Of a stretch of 64,000 nucleotides of DNA, positions 26,601-41,429 are shown in pieces. The notes beneath the pieces were generated by a model that worked only from the letters and a program-made list of their open reading frames with translations, searched no databases and was not told the DNA's origin. Every line of letters starts with the position of its first letter. Positions within the stretch are counted from its first letter, which is position 1. This DNA is from Octopus vulgaris (taxonomy: Eukaryota), in contig OX597830.1 in assembly GCA_951406725.2 (NCBI GenBank), positions 33,790,001 to 33,854,000 on the forward strand, written 5' to 3'. A program made the position numbers and the translations under genes.

Positions 26601-28278
26601 TACATTGATAATAATTATGATTAGGGTCTCCAAGAGATGTTTTTACTAGTGTTTCCTACAGAAAATTTACTAAGGTTTACTAGGTTTTTTTTTTTTACCA
26701 AGATTTTCAAGAGAAATTTTTACTGAAGTTTACTTGGGTTTTTTTACTTGGATTTCTGGGAGATATTTTGCCAAACAGAAGAAGATTCCTTAGAAGATTC
26801 TCCCCAATTGAAAATGACTAGGAATTTTGATTTTCTTTTTAGTGGAAAACTTGGCAGATATTTATCAGGCATCTACATCAGTTCTTTATTTCCTTGGCCA
26901 TTCTACCGGTCGAATCTATTTCTTATAGGAATCTTCTCATTTCTTGACCAGGATATCTGAAATCTAAACAGTCAGTTAGTTTAACACCACAAGCAGATCC
27001 TTGGCTGGCTTAAGTTGAGAGTCCACTGATGCAAGCTTTTGGTCCAAATCCTTTCTATTTTTTTAATATTTACTTTACTCTGCCATGCTGTTGCTCTAGC
27101 ATGGTCGGTTACAGTATGATGACTGAAGTAAATATAGGTATTATTGTGTGATTGAGGTGTTTGTTTCACAACCATGTCGTTTGGGGGTCAGTTTGTCTGT
27201 GAGACACATTAAGCATCATCGTCTGTTGGATCTCGGCTGATGCATGCCTTGAGAGTGAATTTGGTTAGCAGAAATAGGAAATAGTGCAGAATCCTATTAT
27301 ACATGAATGCGTGTGTATGTGTGTGTGTGTGTGTGTGTGTGCGTGTGCGTGCGTATCTACCTGTCTTCTCCTGCAGCCTACAACCTTTTCACCATTTCTT
27401 TGTCGGAGTTTTCTTATGATACCAAACACAGTCATTCTAAATAATAAACCATTCTCTTGCCTTTCTCTCCACCACCACCCAAACCCCACCTTTCTTTCAC
27501 ACACGCACACACACACATACACACACATGCACATATACACACATTCATTCCCCTGTAACCCATGTGTTTTATTTATTCGTCTTAATCCGCAGCAACGATC
27601 TGTTATTAAGCCATAACTGTTTGCTTTGTTTTTTTTTTTTTGTTTTTTTTTTTGCTTGTTTTAGTTCCATTTCTTTTATTTTTCTTATTGACTTAACTAC
27701 CAGGTCTTGTAGCAGTTGTGCTTCTATAGCAATTCACTATCTCGGACAAGAAGCTCTCATGGCCTTCCCACCAGCCTATTCCTTCCGCCCAAATTCCCTT
27801 GGTAAATATAGTAGTACACATTTGTCATTGTCTATTTTTGTAGTTTTTTTCCTTTTGTTTTTGGATCAAGTGAATTCAAAATAGTGTCATTGGTTTCCTT
27901 TCTTTCTTTCTTTCTTTCTTTCTTTCGTTCTTTCTTTCTTTCTTTCTTTGTCTAGTCTTCTTAATTCCTTTATCTTTCAATTGATTACATTAAAACTATA
28001 GCTTATTTTTAGCACAGCTTGTGTATCGATGGCTTCTGTTTTGTTTCTTACTTTTAATTATGTCTTCAGTTGAGTACTAATTTAATACATTTTTTTTTTG
28101 GTTTTCTTTTGTCTTGTTTCCTATTTTTATTTTTTCATTTATTTATTTTTCTGATTTTTTTTTTTTTTTTTGCAGTTTGGAAAATACTGCTGTTGTTGAT
28201 GTTATTTGCTGTTATTATTTCTTTTGTTATAAGAGGAATTATTGTCACTGCTGTTGCTGCTATCATTGTAGCTGTTGC

Positions 28279-28312
<34 letters not shown>

Positions 28313-28454
28313 ATTGTTATTGTTGTCGTCTTTGTAGCAGATTCTTTCTCCTGCCTGAAATATCCTAAGTTTTAAAAAAAGATTTATAAAATGATGCTGG
28401 CCAAACAGACTTAACATTAGCATCAATATGCATTATTATTATTATTATTATTAT

Positions 28455-28494
<40 letters not shown>

Positions 28495-28539
28495 GGTGGT
28501 GGTGGTGGTGGTGGTGGTGGTATTAGTAGTAGTAGTGGC

Positions 28540-28595
<56 letters not shown>

Positions 28596-29134
28596 CTGTT
28601 GTAGTATTGTTATCTTCCTGTTCTAAATCCGCCAATTACCACAACTCTTATTAAAGAGTTCACCATCGCCACCAAATCCACCACGACCACCACCACCACC
28701 AACAACAACACTATTGCCACAAATGTCATCACTACTACCACAGCTATCATCATCAACACCAACACCAACATTTAGTTCTATATGACTGCTTGTTTGCTAG
28801 AAATAGCAGCCAATTCACATTCAGCTTGCACCCTACCATCTTAAGAAATGGAAGAACACATTGAATAATGTGGTCCCTGAGGCCCCCCACCCAAAAAAAA
28901 AAGAATATTAAACAAGATGGTCATGCTTGGAGTGCTCTTGATCAGTGGATCTACATTATCCGGATTGACCTTGGGCTAAACAAAAACAGCAGCCTTCATC
29001 ATAATGTCCATTGCTTTTGTAGTTGTGGCTAGTGAAGATGTTGCTCTTAAACCCCAAGTCTGTTCTGACTGGAGTAAACTTACGATTAAAGGTCTTCTGG
29101 CTACAACCAGCTTGTCTCATAATTTTATTAATTA

Positions 29135-29529
29135 CTAGCAGTATCGCCCGGCGTTGCTCGGGTTTGTAAGGGAAATAACTATGTAAGCATTTTTAGAGAT
29201 GTAAAGTATAATAGCCATCTCAATATGGCTAACCACAAAGGGGGGTGTTACTTTAGCTTTTTACGTTCTGAGATTTAATAATACATTTTTGGAGAGTTAC
29301 TTCCCTTATATAATAGCAAAAAAATGCATTAAAAATGGGAAAAAATGATGGTAAGTTTTTTTTTTAATTGTAGACTCATCGTAGACGCGCGCTAGTACCC
29401 AGAAGGGCTCGATATGAATCACGACTATAAGATACCCGCTTTTGGTTACACTGCACCGCAAAATGTGGGAGTAGTTAGGAATCTAAATCGTAGGAGACAG
29501 ACACACAACTTCACTTTTATATATAAAGA
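29135..29529 (-). mobile_element. Non-autonomous Helitron
   Basis: Minus strand A|TCTTTATATATAAAAG...CCCGAGCAACGCCGGG hairpin (29147-29162)...CTAG|T: 5' TC, subterminal hairpin, 3' CTAG, insertion between A and T; CpGs retained. Confidence 0.8.
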
Positions 29530-30019
29530 TTTGATATTTTTCAGAAATTATAAAAACCAGAGAACATTATCAAAGGAGTCATTTACCAAGATGGTTCTGT
29601 GTAATTTGAGGACAATTTGATTACTATTTCTATCAGAACACATGGCCATATTATTCAGTACTTCTCAACAATTTTTTGCCCATATCCCCTTTGATTCCTA
29701 TTTTCTCCTATTGGATTTCTATAGCCATTCAATGGCCAGTGCAAGACAATCCCGAGGGTTGTAGAAGTTGATATAATTATCTCACCTCCTTCTCTCCGAA
29801 TTTCTATCCTTGTGCCTATAATGGAAACAACTGTATTATTGTTTTAAACTCATCCCACCCCCAGTGATGCTGTTGATGATGTAAAGGCCCTCATCCTTCT
29901 TATGATGATGGTAACAGTGCGGATGATGGTGGAAATAATCGTGCCATCGGTGTCCTTTATGATGGAGATGATGATGATGATGAGTCTACTGACGATGATC
30001 AATGGAGAAGATAATTATC

Positions 30020-30407
30020 TTATGTGTGATGATGGTGGTGATGGTGGTGGTGATGGTTGTGAGTGATGATGATAGAAATGAAGATTATGATGATGGTTAT
30101 GGAACTGTGGAAGATAAGTATGTTTGAGCTGCTGGTTATTTTGATCATAATTTCTATTGGTTTGAATGTTATGATTGTGATGGCGATGGTGATGATGATG
30201 ATAATGTTGTTTATGGTAAGAATGGTGGTAGTGATGGTGGTGGTGAGAAGGAGGACGATCATAATTTTTGGTAATGTTAGAACCAAACAGCATTGATGAT
30301 GGTGATGTTGATGATGATGATTATAGTGCTGGTAATGTTAATGATTGATCAAGAATGATAACAACAATATTGTCGGCAATGGCAGTAGTAGTGGTAGCAG
30401 TAGTAAA

Positions 30408-30465
<58 letters not shown>

Positions 30466-30720
30466 GTGATGATGATTATGATTGGGATAATGATAGTAAC
30501 AATGGGGACAATAATTAATATGATGATGGTGGATATGATGATGGTAGTCGTTATGATAATGATAAAGGTATTGACGATGATGATGATGATGACGACGACG
30601 ATGATGGTTGTAGTGGTGGTGTTGGTGTTGGTGGTGGCAGTGGTGATGATGTTAGTAATGAGTGCAATGTCAGAGGTGATTATGACTGTGATGATGATGG
30701 GGCTGATGACTGATGCCAAC
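30020..30720. repeat. Degenerate (GAT/GGT)n tract
   Basis: Direct inspection. Confidence 0.9.
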
Positions 30721-30760
30721 GATGAGGATGGATATTTAGAGGGGGATAACGACAAAGCAA

Positions 30761-30966
30761 CTACGCAGTCGTCACAATCACATCGGCGTTGCTGCTCCCA
30801 CCACCAACATATCTCAGAATGGAGACAGCGATGATGATGATGATGATGATGATGATGGCAACGGTGCCGATGATCCTTGTAACATGGTTTCTTGCAATTA
30901 TTAATGAAGAGGAAGTAAAGCCACATCTGGCAATCTTCAACCCAAGACATTGACAGCCTGCCCTAT
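30761..30966 (-). CDS. Candidate terminal exon (phase 1)
   Basis: gtggtgtgttcag|AT AGG GCA...; RAGCQCLGLKIARCGFTSSSLIIARNHVTRIIGTVAIIIIIIIIIAVSILRYVGGGSSNADVIVTTA*. TM-like segment is partly (ATC)n. Confidence 0.3.
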
Positions 30967-31834
30967 CTGAACACACCACATAATTCCCATGCCCTACACA
31001 AACACCCCCACAAGATTACTGTGTGCCACAGACACACAATGTAATTCTGAAGTTTCTTTAGTCTCTTTCAACATACATGTCTACATGTATATATATGCAA
31101 ACACACATAAATAAATGCATACACATATATTTATTATATATATACACACACACACACACATATATATATACACATACATATATGATTCCATGATATTTAG
31201 TACTTTTTTCTGACTGTTAATACCAAATGTATGTGTGTGTGTGTGTGTTTGTGTGTGTGTTTGTGTGTGTATTCTCAACCAAAACTGTCTGATGAACAGG
31301 AACGTAAAACTGAGTAACAATTTTTGTGATGTCGTTGCAGCTTTATTAATAAAGTATATATGTGTGCATGTATGTGCGTGTGTGTGTATGTGTATGTATG
31401 TATGTTTATATATCACCATACATACAAGTATATATGTGTGTATATATATATATAAATTTCTCTTATACATAGCAATAACAGTTATTAGAACTCAATATGC
31501 CCATATGCTTCAAAGTAAACCATTAGGTAAGTATGTAGGTAATATTTAAGAATAACAAACAAACAGGTATCATGTAATCAACTTCATTACCTTACAGCTG
31601 TTTCTGTTTAAGAAGCAATGCACTTAGATTTGAGAGCTTCTGCAACATCCTAAAGCTTCCTTGGATCCATTAGAATCAAGTATATGTTTAACTCTTCATT
31701 TTAATATCCCCCCTATATGTGTGCATATTTGTTTTATCATGCCTTTACAACTCCCTGTGTGCACCTGTTTTGAACGACTTTGATAGTGTTTACCAGTCTT
31801 ATAAATAATATATTTCATACCTGTGTTGTTTCTT

Positions 31835-32045
31835 ATTTTTTATTGCCCACCAGGGGTTAAACACAGAGGGGACAAACAAGGACAGACAAAGGGATTAAGT
31901 CGATTACATCGACCCCAGTGCGTAACTAGTACTTAATTTATTGACCCCGAAAGGATGGAAGGCAAAGTCGACCTCGGCGGAATTTGAACTCATAAAGTAA
32001 CGGCAGACGAAATACCACTAAGCACTTTGCCCGGCGTGCAAACAT
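31835..32045 (-). mobile_element. SINE family B (young, CpG-rich)
   Basis: gggattaagtcgattacatcgaccccagtgcgtaac...ggcaaagtcgacctcggcggaatttgaactc. Confidence 0.85.
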
Positions 32046-32166
32046 TGCTACAGCTGGGAGTACGACAGGCATTTGGTCATAGATTACTACTTCCATAATG
32101 CTTGACCATTCCCTGCAAGCTTATAAAATCCAGCATAAAAAATGATTGTGACAATATTATATATAT

Positions 32167-32575
32167 GCGCCGGAGTCACAGTGTGGTAAGTAACTTGTTT
32201 ACCAACAACATGGTCCTGGGTTCAGTCCCACTGTGTGGCACCTTGGGCATGTGTCTTCTACTATATCCTCAAGTTGACCAAAGCCTTGTGAGTAGATTTG
32301 GTAGACGGAAACTGAAAGAAGCCCGTCGTATATGTGTGTATATATATATGTATGTTTGTGTACATTTTTGTATGTCTGTGTTTGTTCCCCCAACATCACT
32401 TGACAACTGATGCTGGTGTGTTTACATCCCCATAACCAAGTGGTTCGGCAAAAGAGACCAATAGAATAAGTACTAGGCTAACAAATAATAAGCTCTGGAG
32501 TTGCTTTGCTTGACTAAAGGCAGTGCTCCAGCATAGCCACAGTCAAATGACTGAAACAAGTAAAAGAATAAAAGA
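32167..32575 (+). mobile_element. SINE family A, full length
   Basis: tRNA-like head, internal (TA)/(TG) tract, tail gactgaaacaagtaaaagaataaaag. Confidence 0.85.
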
Positions 32576-33180
32576 AAAAAAAGAATGTGTGGATACGTGA
32601 ATATATGTCACCCCTTTGCAATCTTGAAATTTAGAGGTGCATCCTTATCCTTCAGTAATAGCTAAGTCGTAGGGGCTCAAGATAGTGCTGATTTCAGTCA
32701 AGATGTATTCCTTAAGGGAATTCCCTTAAGTGTATTCCACTTATTCCATCCTTATCCATTATGTATAATGGATACTGGATGTATGGATGAGGAAGGGAAA
32801 AAGGGGAAGAAGCAAAATGGGTTTATTAAAGAAACTTTATTCACATAAATGTTTTGCACCATATTTTTACGTGTGTATGCATGCGTGCCCACACTTGTTA
32901 TTGTCCATATATATTTATGTGTGTATATGTATATGTATATGTATTTCCCTACATACTTGTAGGTGAAAGCTTGCATGCATATATATATATATACACACAT
33001 ACACACACACACACACTATGTGTATATGCATATGCGTTGTGAGTGTATGTGTGTGTGTATATTAATATATAGATGTATATACGTATTTCTCCACATATTT
33101 GTATTGCATGTATGTAAGCATACATATAAACATACACACACACATATACATGTATGAATGTGTGTATATATACATATACT

Positions 33181-33211
<31 letters not shown>

Positions 33212-33480
33212 GGTAGGAGTCTATTACTTTTTGTTTATATAAGCATTTACATGCATGGCAATGTATGTAATGACTAACATTACGTATCTACATTATCAAA
33301 GTGTTTGTACACATGCACCCATGTACACACATATACACATGAATTAAGTTCAATTCTCGCCAACTCCTCTCTCAAATTGATTTCTCTTTATTATTGATAG
33401 CTTTCATTGATTCATATTTCATATACATTTACATACCTAAAAATATCCATATACACATTATAAAAGCATATATGGACATG

Positions 33481-33518
<38 letters not shown>

Positions 33519-33585
33519 TATATACAGGGTGGATGCACTTTATATAGCCCCATACTTATATACATACACACATAAATATATATAC

Positions 33586-33650
<65 letters not shown>

Positions 33651-33915
33651 TATACAAATGCTTTCACAGCTAAAAGAGTGTTAACTCAATAGTTTATGTT
33701 TACGGGGCATTAAAAGATCACATGTGCATCCTTTCTGTTTAGTATTTGATTTAATTGAAGTCTATCGTTTGAACATCAAAACGCTACATGTACAGCAGTC
33801 TGATTTTAGAACTTTAAACGATCATATGTACAACAAGATATTACTTGTCCTCACGGCGCACCTACAAAACTTAATTCCATCCCCACCACTTTTTTTTTCG
33901 TTTTCGTTTTCTTAC

Positions 33916-33947
<32 letters not shown>

Positions 33948-34498
33948 TTTATACTTTTCGCTAATCTGTGACTGGCTAACACTGGATTTCATTGCTCTTT
34001 CTTATCAAAAATTTTCGAGATGACAGTGTATCTAACTGCTTATCGTCAGTTCTTTCTTTCTTTCTTTCTTTATTAGTATTATCACTTCAAAGAAGATTAA
34101 GTTTTTGGATTCGTTTGTGTCATATTCTGAACAACAGCTATTAACTTGCTTTAAGCATTCCCTTAACTTTGACTACTTTTCATTGATTTATTTAAAAAAA
34201 AAAACAAAAAAACCCAAAAAGTTTATTTTTCCTATTGAAATATGTAGCGGATATTTAAGAATTAAAGATATCAATGGTTTCAAATATCTGACTGTCTATT
34301 TCAAAATCATCAAAAACTCAAAGTAAATTGTCAGGGCTCATTGATATGTTTAGTAGATACATACTTGCACACATAAACAGAAAGGGATCAGAGAGATCCC
34401 TTTTGCTAATGCTTTATCTATGTCCACAAGGGACAGCTTGTTTGATACTTGCTGTATTATACAAGATGTGTGTTTATTGCATGTATAATAGATTCTCG

Positions 34499-34560
34499 CT
34501 AAAGTACATATTTTGTGGTAAGCTGGTCTTTATAGCTTGCTAACATGGGTACATGAAACT
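34499..34560 (-). CDS. Candidate terminal exon (phase 1), duplicate of 8268-8329
   Basis: Same acceptor; FHVPMLASYKDQLTTKYVL*; AATAAA retained. Confidence 0.4.
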
Positions 34561-34916
34561 CTGCTTCAAAAATGCAATGTAACATAAGACGATTGCATGC
34601 CAGGATTAATTAATATCAGGCAGCTCATCGTTTATCTTGTTCTTGGTGGGGTCATTGGACTACAACCATGCTGGGACACTAGCTTGAAGTGTTTTTCCTT
34701 CCATCAAACAGATCAACCTTAATATTGATAATTATTTGTTTAATCTGATACATATTCCTTCAGTCTCTTTCGCTGAACTACTGAATTAAATGGACATGAA
34801 CAAACCAATACCAGTTATCAAAAGGTGGTGGGCGAATGTAAAAACAAAGATGCATTATTTACATTATTTACATCATTTACATTTGACGGATTTTTGTCCT
34901 CATCTTGTTTGTTGTT

Positions 34917-34962
34917 AATACAACGTTTCGGCTGATTTACTCTCCAGCCTTCATCAGGTGTC
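34917..34962 (-). ncRNA. Minimal hammerhead motif (duplicate of 8687-8732)
   Basis: GACAC-CTGATGA-A-GGCTG..CAGCC-GAAA-CGTT-GTATT. Confidence 0.7.
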
Positions 34963-35079
34963 TTGGGGAAATTTAAAACTGTACAAAGATTCATGTTCAC
35001 ATATGTGTTCATCTAGATGTATATATGTGTGAGTGTTTGTGTGTGAGAAACCCAAAAATAAAATGCATATAGTGAACGT

Positions 35080-35255
35080 ATCATCATCATCATTTAACGT
35101 CCATTCTCCAAGCTGGCATGGTTTGGACAGTTTTACAGGACCTGTCCAGCTGGAGAGCTGCCTAGGCTCCATTTGTCTGTCTTAGCATGGTTTCTACAGC
35201 TGGATGCCCTTCCTAAAACCAACCACTTTACAGAGTGTACTGGGTGCTTTTCACA
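35080..35255 (-). mobile_element. Family D RTE-like 3' end
   Basis: catcatttaacgtcc...gctggatgcccttcctaaaaccaaccactttacagagtg. Confidence 0.7.
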
Positions 35256-35960
35256 TGCTTTATGTCTATAATGCACCCATTTATCTATCTATCTACTTAT
35301 CTATCTATCTACCTATCTATCTACTTATCTATTTATCTACTCATCTATCTATCTAATTATCTATCTATTCATCTATCTATCTACCGCCTTTTCAATCTAT
35401 ATACACATATGATGGACTTTTACAGTTTCCATCTACCAAGTTCCTTCTCAAGGTATTGCTCAGCCCAAGACACTTGACCCTCATACCATGGAACAGGACT
35501 GAACTTAAAACCATATCAATGAAAACAGAACTTCTTCACCCATGGACAAACTTTTCTTGAGCATTTGTTTCAATTTCTGAATTTATTTTCTTGGTAAGAT
35601 GCCATCAGAATTCAACACTCCTCACAATATTATCAATTTTCTTAATTGATTTTTATCTATATAAACTATCACTAGTCTTTCCTTTGATTCTGGGCTTCTT
35701 TTTTTGTTTGAGATGATGATATAAATTTTCTTGTCTTTTAATGTTTCATGTTTTGGCAGTTTTTACTTACATCATGGTTTCATTTGGTGCATCGTTCGGT
35801 TGTCTTTAGGTGTTCCGTTTCTAGATATATGCATTTCTCTAGGCTGGGTTTAATAAATCAAAACTTTTATTTCTGCATTGAAAATAAAGATTCCGAGTGC
35901 AAGCTCAACCTACTAAAATTTATATATGTATATACATATATACATATACATATACATACA

Positions 35961-35992
<32 letters not shown>

Positions 35993-36299
35993 CATATATA
36001 TATATATATGTATATCATATGTAGGTATGTATTTACATATATAAAATTTGATATGATAAATCGAAAATAACAGCACAAGGACAAGAGAGATAAGATAAAA
36101 AGTTATTCTTTTTCCACACATGTAGACATTACTGATGCAAAAACAATGGCATTGAGTTCAAGTCCAATATGCACTAGAAATTCGGGTCCTTTTAGATAAT
36201 CAATAATTGGGTGTCTTAAGGTTGTGAGCTGGCAAAATTGTTAGCATGGATAAAATGCTTTGTGGCATTCTGCCCATCATTATGTTGATCATTATCACC

Positions 36300-36752
36300 G
36301 TTATTATCTAATGTCCGTTTTCCATGCTAGCATGGGTTGGACGGTTTGACAGATGCTGGTCAGCCAGAGAACTGTCCAGACTCCGATTGTCTATTGTGGC
36401 ATGGTTTTTACTGCTGGATGACCATACTAACGCCAACCACTTTACAGAGTGTGGTGGGTGCTTTTTACATGCTACTGACATGCAGTGGATCTGCAAAGTT
36501 GCTTATAGAAGGCCACCAGTTTCCCATGCATACCAGCCTCCCCTCTTCATACCACTGATGATGTCCAAGGAAAAAGCAAAAGCTGATAGAACTTGGCACC
36601 AGTGACATCACAACTCATTTCTAAAGCTGAGTGAAGTGGAGCAACGTGAAAATAAAGAATCTTGCTCACGAACGCAACACAGCTCTGTCTGGGAATCGAA
36701 CTCACTACTTCATGTCTGTGAGCCTGATGCTCTAACCACTGAGCCATGCTCC
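36300..36752 (-). mobile_element. Family D fragment (36300-36490) and SINE C head type 2 with a third tail (36497-36752)
   Basis: Reverse complement head ggagcatggctcagtggttagagc...gagttcgattccc. Confidence 0.65.
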
Positions 36753-37143
36753 ATTCCACTTAACTAATAGCATTACTAAAATCCATTGCAAGACTGCTAA
36801 AAATACAAGAGAGCCTCAATATCATGATTATACTTGCTAGAAATGTGGCCAAATCTCTCTAAAATCATACCCTACTATCTTTGAAATAGTCATGTTATAT
36901 CGTGCGATCCTGGGTTCCCTGCCCAAAGGCAAAATGTGGGATGGCCACAGATGGAATATTACTGATTATAGGGTTTCTCAATCCATGTTGATCTGGGATT
37001 AAACAACAACATCAACAAGCACTACCATCTACCCTATCATTACCCAATAAAAGTGATTGTCCTGCATAATTATTTTTATCATCATCATCATCGTCATCGT
37101 TGTTGTCATCATCATCGCTGCTGCCAAAACCTCCACCCACCAC

Positions 37144-37178
<35 letters not shown>

Positions 37179-37214
37179 CCACCACCACCACCACCACCAC
37201 TACCTATATATATA

Positions 37215-37443
37215 TATATGAATGTGTGTGTATGTTTGGGTGTCTGTTTGTCCCCCCAATGTCGCTTGACAACCAATGCTGATGTGTTTACGCCCCCATA
37301 ATGTAGCGGTTCGGCAATAGAGACTGATAGAATAAGTACTGGGCTTCCAAAGAATAAGTCCTGGGGCTGATTTGCTCAACTAAAGGCGGTGCTCCAGCAT
37401 GGTCACAGTCACATGACTGAAACAAATAAAATAGTAAAAGAGT
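37215..37443 (+). mobile_element. SINE family A, 3' half
   Basis: cgcttgacaacc...gcggttcggcaa...ggcggtgctccagcatgg. Confidence 0.8.
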
Positions 37444-38074
37444 ATACTTTTAGTTGTGCTTGTAGTTCAGGTGTGCTGCCAAATTCTGAAAAACATACAA
37501 GTGTACTACAAGTCTAAAAAGGTTGTAGTAGACTAATCTATGCCACCACCACTCACCTTCCTCCATACTGCCTCCACATCCGCAGTAACAACCACACAAA
37601 CACTTACCCCAACACCATCTGTGTTAGGAGTGTTTAAGTATTTTGTTCTAATTGTATGTTATTGTATTTGCTAACCCCCTTCAACAGCCAACATCTCCAT
37701 CGCTCACCCGATTCTACACACAGTACGTCTTCTCTAAAAACAAAATTAAATTAAAAATAAGAACAGTAATTTTACCCATGAAACAAAACAACTAAACCGG
37801 TTATAATTTAAAATCTAAAATAAATGATTGATTGATTGATTGATTAGAGATAAAATTTAATTAAAAAATGAACAGAAGCAACATAAGAATAGTGTAACAT
37901 CTCACTGTGTTTCACTAAAAAAACTGGGAAAAACTATATTTATGAAAATGAAAATTAAAAAAAAAAAATAATGGTAGAAGGGAGAGCAAAATATCAATTA
38001 AGGAAGAAGAAATGAAAATTTCTTGCAAATAAATAAAATAATTTACTTTCATAACAAATCAATGTGGTTTGTCG

Positions 38075-38990
38075 TCTGTTGTTGTTCAGCCTGAATCCAA
38101 TGCACACTAAGCAGACCTATGGTCAAAAGTATTCCTGCCATGACCCTTCCATCTGTTATTTCACTCATAGTGTATCTTGAGCTACATTATGCAATGCATT
38201 TTCATATCTTTTCATATGGCAGAGTGTAATTTGACGGAGTTTTGGTTGTTATATCTAGCAGCTTATGTGGCCACATAATTACTCTTTGGCTGGTTTATAC
38301 AGATTGATGGTTGAATTTTGGTTTATTAAATGGCTGGTTTCTTGATTAGTTTCTTGGTTGGTTGGATGAATGACTGTTTTTGGTTGGCTGCATGGCCGGT
38401 CGGTTGTTTGGCTGGATGCTTCCTTGGTTGATCGGTCGGATGCTTCCTCGGTTGACTGGTCAGTTTGCTAGGTGGTTCTTTGGTTAACTGACTGCTTGGT
38501 TCAGTAGCTCATGCATTAATTTCATCTTATTGTTTTTCTTGTTCAACATTTTGTTGTTGTTTAGTCCAGGCCAGTAATTATCAAAGACATTCCAACCATG
38601 ACATCCTCATCTAATATTCAAACCATGTATCTATGACCACATTGATATCCAGAGTATCCTACATTTTAAAAGACATTTAAAAGTGATTTGAAGGAGATTC
38701 AGCTGATATATCTAGCAGATCATAAAACCACTTAAAGGCTCTTATACAGACTTATATTTGTTGTTGTAGCTGTTTAGCCCTGGGCCAGCCTTGATTATGT
38801 AAAACTATAATGAAAGATATTCCTGACATGACCATCCAATTTTTTGTAGTTTCTTATATATAGAACTACTGTATTATCCATCCTCTGTCTTTGTTTCTTC
38901 AAGGAATATGCAAAAATATGCAAAAGGTTTAACTACTATAGCTAGCAAGTTGAGTCACCACATCAAGGCTAATTTCATGGCTTCTTTTTG
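38075..38990 (+). repeat. Cluster of old interspersed repeat family E
   Basis: Recurring gttgttgtttagcc...agacctatg..caaag.cattcc.gccatgacc...gatttg.....gatt..gctg.tat.tctagcag; also near 7865, 28780, 36820, 43760, 47300, 54790. Confidence 0.55.
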
Positions 38991-39211
38991 CTGTTCGAGT
39001 TGTTGCTGTTGTGGTTGGTGTTGTTATTGTTTCAGAGTTATAATGAGCTTCATTTGCATAATAGATACCATCGTTAGAGATAAGACCGGGGTTAAGGTCA
39101 TGTAACATTATGGATTCACACCTAGACCTTAGTTAGCATTTTCTACATTTTCTGTTAATCACCCATTTTTTAAACAATAATTTTCTTTCTTTGTAAATTA
39201 TATGTAAATGA

Positions 39212-39247
<36 letters not shown>

Positions 39248-39296
39248 ATGTAGGCGAGTGTATATATATTTAGATATATATATGATAATGTGTGTG

Positions 39297-39347
<51 letters not shown>

Positions 39348-41313
39348 ATATAAGTATATATAGCATTGTGTGTGTGTAGACATATGTATATGTAGTGATG
39401 TGAGAGTGTATCTATATACATAAGAATTGTAATGCCTATGTAATTATATATGAATGAAAAATTATGACCAAACCAAATCCTAAAATTGAAGAAATAATAG
39501 TTCACAAACACCAAATATCAACTACAGAAAACAACATTAAAATAAGCAAAGATGTTCAAGATATCACATGAGAGTGGTAAACATACCCTCTGTGTGTATG
39601 TGTGTGTGTGTGTGTATGTATGTGTATGTATAGTGTGTGTGTGTGTGTGTGTGTGTGCGTGTATGAGTGTGTATATGTGTGTGTGTACAGAGAAAGTGAC
39701 GCATAGGCATGATATCGTATATGAGAAAATATAAATGTGGATAAAAATAAAATTAAAAAACATAATCAAGTAAAATTATGCTAAAATAATGAAAATATAA
39801 TTTACAAAATCACTCTAATAAAATTCACTAAAATTTAGGAAACAAACTAACGAACAAAATAGATAAATAAAAACAACATGAGTATTCCCCGAAAGTCATT
39901 TTGTGAAGAATTAAATAGATAAATTTTGATTTAATTATTTCCAAACAGCCATCATCATTGACTTTTGGGATGTGAGGTTTTTGGAACATTAAGATAAAGC
40001 ACTTCTCTAAGACAAAGGAATAATAACACCGGATGGCACAGAGGTCTGAGGTAGAGAGGTGTTTCAGATGGTTTATGCAATTTTGTTGTTATGCCAACCA
40101 GCCAACCAAGAATAGGATTCATCACAGGTCTTTTAATAAATGCATATATGAATTAATATATTCCACTTTAGATAATTGTAAATTTACAAACAAAAAACAA
40201 ATATATATGTATATATATATATATATAATATATGTATGTATAATAAATTTTTTAAAAATTATCTATACATATAGATACACAGCCATAAAAGAACATATTT
40301 ATATTTGTTAAAATTTTAATTTGTTTGTTAAGATTTACCATTTTTTAAGTAACATATTTAATATTTAAGGTTATCCAAATAGTTTGTTTTTTTCTCCAAT
40401 AAATATTTTCCCTGTTTTTGTATTTTCTGTTAGAAAAGAAATTAAAAGTGAAATAAATTTTTTAAAAAAGTAAACAAAAATTTAAATATGTATGTGCGTA
40501 TGTGTGTGTGTGTGTGTGTGTGTGAGATATTTAATTAAAAATATTTTGTAATCTTAGGAAACAGCTTATATATCTTTATAAAATTTCACTCAAGTACCCA
40601 CATGCACACGTGCACTTATACTGCATAGATGCATGCTCACATGTGCATGCATGTACACTCAGATGTAAATTAACATAGATTCCAAAATAAATGTAGAAAA
40701 ACATTAGCCAATAGCTAGATGAGTGCATTTTGTGTATGCACAAGAACACATGCACATGCAACCATATGTGTGTGTGTATGTCTATATGTGTGTATGTATA
40801 TATATGTGTATGTGTGTGTATATATATATATATATATATGTATATATGCATGAACATAACATGCATATATATGTATAATTAAGCAGGAATTATGAAAAAC
40901 CACTAAAATACAACTCTTTTAATTAACAAATTTCAATCAGTTTTATCATATTAGAGTGCATTTGACAGGTCTGTAAATCCATGCATTTGCATGTGTCTTT
41001 GAAGCATACATGTGTTTTATTTTAATTGTTGTTTATTCTCAAGCTACTTGCCCTTTCTCTATCACCATATCCTTTTATAATGAGCAGAATATTAAAAAAA
41101 TCTTCATTTTCTTGCTGAGAGGGAGAGCTGATTGATATTTTCTAACATCATTGCTTTCATAAAGTAGTATCTAATCTCTCTCTCTTATTATATATAAGTA
41201 GAGTTCATAATTTTATAGTGAAAAAGTGGTATGAAGTTGTGACATTCATGACTGTCCCATGGACATCATCTGGTTATGTGAATCACTGTTTACATATCAC
41301 TACGTTATTATCT

Positions 41314-41353
<40 letters not shown>

Positions 41354-41354
41354 C

Positions 41355-41423
<69 letters not shown>

Positions 41424-41429
<6 letters not shown>

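Larger units (their letters stand above)
34325..35102 (+). repeat. Segmental duplication copy 2 (partner 8094-8895)
   Basis: Colinear near-identity; offset 26231 bp at the left end. Confidence 0.95.

Noticed and set aside
31585-31680. GAAACAGCTGTA half-hammerhead on the minus strand
   Set aside because: No recognisable CUGANGA or stem II upstream.
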